This document shows, piece by piece, positions 58,874 to 64,000 of a stretch of DNA of 64,000 nucleotides. The stretch covers positions 16,862-80,861 of the forward strand of contig CAWCRH010000008.1 of assembly GCA_963797975.1 (NCBI GenBank), read 5' to 3'. The notes under the pieces are model-generated. The model was not told where the DNA came from and searched no databases. It saw only the letters and a program-made list of their open reading frames with translations. This stretch comes from an uncultured Thermoplasmata archaeon. Lineage in GTDB: Archaea; Thermoplasmatota; Thermoplasmata; Lutacidiplasmatales; UBA184. The position numbers and the translations under genes are program-made. The stretch's first letter is position 1; each line of letters begins with the position of its first letter.

Positions 58874-59217
58874 TCAGAGCAGTTTCCGGAACAGGAGCTT
58901 GTCCTCGAGGCTCCCCTCGAGCTTGAGGCGACCCGTGACGATCGCCTTCATCGGTCCGATCTCCTTGCTGACCAGTCCGCGGAACGTCGCCGACGTCGGT
59001 CAGGATGCTCACATCCACCGTGGACGGCGACGGCGAGCGGAGGTTCTCGAGCTTTCCGTCCCGAAGGTCGACCGCGTAGCTCGTGCCACTCGTGAGACGC
59101 ACCGCGATCGTCCGCTGGAGGCCCGCGAGCTCCTCCGCCACCTTGGGTTGGGTCGCGGTATGCCCGGTTGAACCGTTCGACCAGGGACGCGAGCGTTGGG
59201 GCGATGTCGTCGTTCAT
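58874..59217 (-). CDS. SCP2 (sterol-carrier-like) domain protein with two apparent frameshifts
   Basis: Three frame segments join: MNDDIAPTLASLVERFNRAYRDPTQ / VAEELAGLQRTIAVRLTSGTSYAVDLRDGKL...VDVSILTDVGDV / FRGLVSKEIGPMKAIVTGRLKLEGSLEDKLLFRKLL. The ATG overlaps the rnhB stop (ATGA). Confidence 0.6.
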
Positions 59218-59894
59218 GGCCCGAACTCCTCGAGGTGGTGGCTCCCCTTCAGGCCAAGGAGTTTTCGGGCCGGGGCCCAGGAACGTCGGAGCCACGTAGG
59301 CTTCTCTCCGGGGTGCCCGTCGATCCACGTCGAGAGGAAGCGCATCGTCGTCGCGTCGCTGGGATAGCCGCTCCCGATGGGTAGCGCGAGGTCGTGCGCG
59401 AGGCGAGCGATCGCCCGGTCCCGCTCCACCTTCGCGATGATGGACGCGGCCCCGACGACGGGGTCATCGCGGTCGGCCTTGTGGCTCGACCGTAGGAGCG
59501 CCTTCGTGCCCGAAAGGCGGCGTAGGGTGCGGCCAAAGCGAGCGGCGTTCGGGTCGCACGCGTCCACATGCACCTCGTCCGGGGCGAACGCCCGGATCAG
59601 CTCCGCGAACGCTTCCGCCTCCAATTGGTTCAAGCGCCCGCGGGCGACGCTCGGGTCGATTCGAACGGGGTCCAAGTGGATGCTCCGGGCTCGGCCGAAT
59701 GTCCGCAACGTATCGTAGAGCGCTTCTCGCTTCGCCGGGGAAAGCACCTTGGAATCGCGAACTCCCATCGGTCGGAGCTCCTGGACCCTCTCGACCGGGA
59801 CGGCTATGCCGCCGACCACGAGCGGGCCGAGTACGCTTCCCCGTCCCGCCTCGTCCAGTCCCAGGACCCATCGGGTCGCGGCCGGCTCCGGCAT
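59214..59894 (-). CDS. rnhB: Ribonuclease HII
   Basis: GLDEAGRGSVLGPLVV, VDACD and GSGYPSD motifs. Confidence 0.9.
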   Translation of the reverse strand: MPEPAATRWVLGLDEAGRGSVLGPLVVGGIAVPVERVQELRPMGVRDSKVLSPAKREALYDTLRTFGRARSIHLDPVRIDPSVARGRLNQLEAEAFAELIRAFAPDEVHVDACDPNAARFGRTLRRLSGTKALLRSSHKADRDDPVVGAASIIAKVERDRAIARLAHDLALPIGSGYPSDATTMRFLSTWIDGHPGEKPTWLRRSWAPARKLLGLKGSHHLEEFGP

Positions 59895-60049
59895 CGACCG
59901 GGGAGAAAGCTACGGAGGCTTAGACGGCTCGGGTATGCCCCGGGCGGCCCATGGGAGCGGGACGCTTCCCCGGGCGCTGGCGGTGTTCGTCCCCGGGGCC
60001 GGCGGCTCGACAAACGTCTTATATCGAGTCCAGGTCCGAGCGTTCCACC

Positions 60050-60448
60050 ATGGGCATCTGGCAGGGTCGCTCCAAGCGGAAGCGTACCGGAGGCCGCCTC
60101 CGGCCGATCCGAAAGAAGCGACGCAACGAGATCGGACGCGAGCTTCAGATCGCCACGATCGGCGCGGGCTACGTCAAGAAGTACCGCGTGCGCGGCGGCA
60201 ACCGAAAGCTTCGCATCCTGACCGCATCCACCGTCAACGTCTTCGACCCGGCCACGAAGACGATGCGACCGGCCAAGATCGTAACGGTCCGGGAGAACCC
60301 GGCGAACCCCAACTACGTTCAGCGTAACATCATCACGAAAGGCGTGATCCTCGAGACCGACATCGGGCTCGTTCGAATCCGTTCGCGTCCGGGACAGGAC
60401 GGGGTTCTCAACGGGGTCCGCGTCGAGCCCGCCTCCGCCTCGGCGTAA
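60050..60448 (+). CDS. rps8e: 30S ribosomal protein S8e
   Basis: MGIWQGRSKRKRTGGRLRP...KKYRVRGGN.K.R... TATA-like CTTATATCG at about 60017-60025 implies a short or absent leader. Confidence 0.9.
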   Translation: MGIWQGRSKRKRTGGRLRPIRKKRRNEIGRELQIATIGAGYVKKYRVRGGNRKLRILTASTVNVFDPATKTMRPAKIVTVRENPANPNYVQRNIITKGVILETDIGLVRIRSRPGQDGVLNGVRVEPASASA

Positions 60449-60463
60449 GGCTGGGGAGTCGGC

Positions 60464-60781
60464 ATGCCCGGCTATTTCTACGTCTATCCCGGCTACTTGA
60501 GCGAAGGCTCCACCCGCCGGGAAGGCCGTCGCGTCCCAGTGCCATTGGCGGTCAAGGACGTCACCGCCGAGGAGATCGCCGAGGCCGCGCGCAAGCTCGG
60601 CTACGCGGTCGAGCTGCAGAGCACCAAGCACTACCCCCGCCAATTCTTCACCTACTCGGGCCGCGTCAAGCTCTCGAAGAAGAGCGGCGCCAAGAAGGCC
60701 GAGGTTCTGCGCGCCCTCGTCGCCGAGATCCACCGGGCCCGCCCTCCCATAGGGGTCGCTCATAAGGGGGGCCACAAGTAG
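60464..60781 (+). CDS. srp19: Signal recognition particle protein SRP19
   Basis: About 105 aa: ...YPGYL....SRREGRRVP...AV.....EI..A...LG... is the SRP19 pattern. Confidence 0.8.
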   Translation: MPGYFYVYPGYLSEGSTRREGRRVPVPLAVKDVTAEEIAEAARKLGYAVELQSTKHYPRQFFTYSGRVKLSKKSGAKKAEVLRALVAEIHRARPPIGVAHKGGHK

Positions 60782-61573
60782 ATGGAGGAGCCCGCGACCC
60801 TCTACTTCACCGGGACCGCCGGGGCCGGCAAGACGACCGCGGTCCGAGCCTTCGCCCAGTGGATCAAGTCGAACGGATACGATGCCACCATCGTGAATCT
60901 CGACCCCGGCAACGAGAGCACCGAGTTCGAGCCCGATGTGGACGTCCGCGAATGGGTACGCCTGCCTGAGCTGATGGAACAGTACGACCTCGGCCCGAAC
61001 GGAGCGCAGATCGCGGCCGCTGACATGATCGCGCTCAAGATCTTTGAGATCAAGCAAGCGCTCTCCGAGTTCCACTCGGATTACATCCTGATCGATACCC
61101 CAGGCCAAATCGAGCTCTTTTCCTTCCGGGAGTCGTCCAAGGCGATCGTCGAGGCCTTGAGCGGCGACCGTTCGGCGCTCGCCTTCCTCTTCGACCCGGC
61201 GCTGGCCCGTCAGCCCAGCGGGTTCATCGCGCTCCTCATGCTCAGCGCAACCGTCGAATTCCGTTTTCGCCTCCCGATGGTACACCTCCTGTCGAAGTCG
61301 GACGTGCTCAAGCCCGAGGAGCTTCTCGAGATCGGGAGTTGGTCGGACGACCCTGGTACCCTCTACGAGCGGATCCGCGACGAGGTCGCCACTCCCGACG
61401 TGACCCTCTCCACCGAGCTCTTCCGTGCGATCGAAGCGACCGGGCCGTTCCTCAGCTTGATCCCGGTCTCGAGCAAGGAGGAGACCGGCTTCGAGACGGT
61501 GTATCGGAGCTGCCAGCGGATCTTCGCGGGCGAGGACGACGTGGAGCCGTCGCACGGCCCTCCCGAGCCGTGA
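60782..61573 (+). CDS. GPN-loop GTPase
   Basis: P-loop GTAGAGKTT, the NLDPGNE (GPN) motif, DTPGQIELF and LSKSD. Confidence 0.85.
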   Translation: MEEPATLYFTGTAGAGKTTAVRAFAQWIKSNGYDATIVNLDPGNESTEFEPDVDVREWVRLPELMEQYDLGPNGAQIAAADMIALKIFEIKQALSEFHSDYILIDTPGQIELFSFRESSKAIVEALSGDRSALAFLFDPALARQPSGFIALLMLSATVEFRFRLPMVHLLSKSDVLKPEELLEIGSWSDDPGTLYERIRDEVATPDVTLSTELFRAIEATGPFLSLIPVSSKEETGFETVYRSCQRIFAGEDDVEPSHGPPEP

Positions 61574-61579
61574 AACGGT

Positions 61580-61882
61580 CTACCCCTCGGTGAAGAAGAG
61601 GCCCATCCCGGCGCTCGCGGCCTCGTCCTCGGCCTGGAACTGGGCCTTCAACTTCTCTCGGTCGGCCGCGCTGAGCCGCGTCCCGATCTTCGAGAGTCGT
61701 TCGTCGGCGAGAGCGACCGCGTCGGCGGCCCCCTCGACGAGGACATAGAGCTCGCCGCTCGGTCCCCCGAGGACCTGGGCATCGCGAACCTTTTGGCTCT
61801 GCCGCGCGACCCGGTCCTCCTTCAGGACCTCGTCCAATTCGGCTCGCTTGCCCGAGGGTACGGAGAATATCGTGTAGGTCAT
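61580..61882 (-). CDS. Small acidic protein with a ribosomal-stalk-like C-terminal tail
   Basis: 100 aa, ending ...QAEDEAASAGMGLFFTEG. This resembles the acidic / GLGALF tail of archaeal P1 (L12) stalk proteins. The N-terminal fold is not P1-like. Confidence 0.45.
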   Translation of the reverse strand: MTYTIFSVPSGKRAELDEVLKEDRVARQSQKVRDAQVLGGPSGELYVLVEGAADAVALADERLSKIGTRLSAADREKLKAQFQAEDEAASAGMGLFFTEG

Positions 61883-61992
61883 CGGGCCGCTGACTCCGCA
61901 CCGGTATATGGGCCTGATTGGCTCGCCCCCGGCGCGGGCCGGTGCGCGTCCACGGACGGGTTTAAGAAGAGCACGGACCCAACAAGAGATGC

Positions 61993-62649
61993 ATGGCCCT
62001 GGGTCACGCCCCTCTTCACCGCTCGGTGCGCACCGGCGCGCTCTTGCTCGTCCTGGGATCCCTGGAATTCATCGCGGTGATGATGGTGACCCAGCTCTAC
62101 TACTCGAACTACTCGCTCTCCACCAACTACATCAGCGACCTCGGTAACACGGCGAACTCACCCCTCTGGTACGTGTTCAGCGCTGGGATCATCGCGCTCG
62201 GCCTTCTCGCGTTCGTCGGGCTAATGCTGCTGTGGAATACCTTTCCCGCGGGCGGCCGTCGAGTCAGCGGCCTCGCGCTCCTCTTGCTGGCCAGCGTCGC
62301 CGCGATCGTGGTCGGGTTCTTTCCCGAGAACGTGTACGGTTCCGTTCATGATACGGCGTCACTCCTCGTCTTCCTTCCGGGCGGCCTCGGTCTCCTCGCG
62401 CTCGGCGCTTCGATGCGAGAGGGGACCGGATGGGAGTCGCTCCGCGGGTTCTCCGTTGTCCTTGGTGCCATCACGCTCGTCTCGCTCGCCGTCTTCCTCT
62501 TCACCAACGTCGGCGCCAACCAGTACCCTGGCCTCTTCGAACGGCTGGTGGTCGCCCCCCTCCTCCTATGGGCGGTCGTGGTCGGGATCTTCGTCGCGGG
62601 TTTCCCGGTGCGGGCCCTCGGACGCGCTCATCTCGTCCCGGGCGCGTAG
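61993..62649 (+). CDS. DUF998-family membrane protein
   Basis: Six TM helices, with ...YISDLG... after the first helix, typical of DUF998. Confidence 0.6.
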   Translation: MALGHAPLHRSVRTGALLLVLGSLEFIAVMMVTQLYYSNYSLSTNYISDLGNTANSPLWYVFSAGIIALGLLAFVGLMLLWNTFPAGGRRVSGLALLLLASVAAIVVGFFPENVYGSVHDTASLLVFLPGGLGLLALGASMREGTGWESLRGFSVVLGAITLVSLAVFLFTNVGANQYPGLFERLVVAPLLLWAVVVGIFVAGFPVRALGRAHLVPGA

Positions 62650-62672
62650 CCGCGTAGACGGGCGCTAGGAGC

Positions 62673-63547
62673 CTACAGGGTCGCGGACTTCGACTTCCCC
62701 GCCTCATCCACGGAGTGGATGAGAGCGTCCGCGAACAGGCGGACGGAGGCGTGCTCGTACTGCTCGATCTGACCCGCGTCCCCTTCCTCGGAGAGCTTGG
62801 GGTCCAGAGGAAGCCGGGCGAGCACGGGTACCCGTACTCCGCTGCCACGGTGTCGATGCGGCTCGGCCCGAACGGAAGGAACTCCTGGCCGCAATGCGGA
62901 CAACGGACGACCGTCATGTTCTCGACGACGCCCAGAAGAGGGACATGGAGGTCGCGGGCCATGTTCATCGCCTTCTTGACGATGAGCTGGGCGAGCTCCT
63001 GCGGTGTGAAGACGAAGACCATCCCGTCGATGGGGATCGTCTGAAAGACGGTGAGCGGAACGTCGCTCGTGCCGGGAGGCATGTCGATCAAGAGGTAGTC
63101 TAGCGCTCCCCAGTTGACCCCGCCGAAGAACTGCGTGATGAGACGCGTGACGAGGGGTCCTCGCCAGATGACCGGCGTTTGCTCGTTCTCGACCAAGAAC
63201 TGGGAGGAGATCATCGGGATCCCACCGCGAGAGACCGCGGGCTCGATCCCCTCTCCCCTGTCGACGAGCGGCCCCGCCTGGCCGAAAAGCTTCGGGAGGG
63301 ATGGGCCCGTGATGTCGGCGTCCAGGAGACCGACCTGGAGCCCGCGGCGACGAAGCTCGGCCGCCAGGAGCGCCGTCGCCGTAGACTTGCCAACCCCGCC
63401 CTTTCCGCTGCCGACGGCCACGACGTGACGGATCCGACCTTTGTCCATCCGTTGGAGGACGCCGCGGCTCGGACCCCGGAGCGCCCCAGGGGGTGAGCTG
63501 GGACCGGTTGAAGGCTGCGGGCCCGCCGGCGCGCCATTCATGGACAT
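62673..63547 (-). CDS. Mrp/ApbC/NBP35-family Fe-S cluster carrier ATPase with an apparent frameshift at about 62827
   Basis: Deviant Walker A GSGKGGVGKST, LLIDMPPGTSD and CPHCG. After ...AAEYGYP the sequence continues in another frame as VLARLPLDPKLSEEGDAGQIEQYEH.... Confidence 0.8.
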
Positions 63548-63615
63548 CGTGAATTTCGGACGACTGGGACTCTATATAACGGCCGACCCGTGCGGGCGTC
63601 GGTTCGAGGTTTTGG

Positions 63616-64000
63616 ATGGCAGTCGGTCGTTCCCCCACGCTCGAGGAGCTCTTTCTTCCCCAGTCGATCGCCGTCGTCGGAGCATCCAATCGGATGGGCA
63701 CGGTCGGCCACAGTCTTTTCCAGAATCTGCTGCGCTCGCAGTACCGGGGCGTCGTGTACCCGGTCAACCCATCCTGGAAGAGCGTCGACGGTGTGCGCTG
63801 CTTCCCATCCATCGCCGAGCTTCCCGAAGTAGCGGACCTGGGCGTGGTGATCGTCCCGGCCGCAATCGTGCCGGACGCCGTGCGCGACCTCGGCCGCGCC
63901 GGCACCCGCGGGGTCGTGGTCATCTCCTCGGGGTTCCGGGAGCTCGGGGCGCAGGGGGCTCTTCTCGAGGACCGGGTCATCGCCGAGGCCCGCCGTTATT
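63616..64000 (+). CDS. Acetyl-CoA synthetase (ADP-forming) / CoA-binding domain protein, 3'-truncated by the window edge
   Basis: ...PQSIAVVGASNR.GTVGH..F.NL......G.VYPVNP......GV.CFPSI.ELPE..DLGVVIVPA... TATA-like CTATATAA at about 63573-63580. Confidence 0.75.
   Translation, partial: MAVGRSPTLEELFLPQSIAVVGASNRMGTVGHSLFQNLLRSQYRGVVYPVNPSWKSVDGVRCFPSIAELPEVADLGVVIVPAAIVPDAVRDLGRAGTRGVVVISSGFRELGAQGALLEDRVIAEARRY

Noticed and set aside
59804-61555. 583-aa minus-strand ORF covering S8e, SRP19 and the GPN GTPase
   Set aside because: It lies antisense to three well-conserved plus-strand genes and is low-complexity.

Overview
GC-rich archaeal chromosomal segment. Archaeal origin is supported by archaeal-type DnaG primase, the PolD small subunit, ribosomal protein S8e, SRP19, a GPN-loop GTPase and TATA-box promoters. 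A solitary 23S rRNA gene and a SoxM-like oxidase using blue-copper proteins instead of cytochrome c suggest a Thermoplasmata-like lineage (inference only). I call about 75 protein genes, 4 tRNAs and one unlinked 23S rRNA gene with its own promoter, processing stem and T-tract. The left edge (1-2.1 kb) carries a RecT-like recombinase and a tyrosine integrase, probably the end of an integrated element. The largest functional block (42.6-54.6 kb) is an aerobic respiration island: three cupredoxins, CoxII, an AbrB-PhoU regulator, then a tightly packed run tatA-tatC-tatB-like-Rieske-cytochrome b-CoxI-ctaA-ctaB. Main points worth a second look: (1) tRNA-Asn folds only if about 32 nt are removed from its T loop, a non-canonical intron position. 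(2) At least ten single-nucleotide frameshifts interrupt otherwise intact conserved genes, several next to short mononucleotide runs (a C7 run in XPD); this points to assembly indels or pervasive pseudogenisation. (3) An IscA paralog has both cluster-ligand sites expanded into Cys-Gly repeats. (4) A TACGAA(C)/TTCGTA(C) motif and long inverted repeats recur in promoters of the respiratory and Tat genes. (5) A compact amidotransferase / nucleotidyltransferase / Cas4-like nuclease operon ends on the rRNA promoter. (6) There is an orphan SPPY DNA methyltransferase, a protease-less Lon-like ATPase and several uncharacterised proteins. No CRISPR array, known defence system or transposase was seen. 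All calls rest on reading translated ORFs and hand-folding RNAs; no searches were run.
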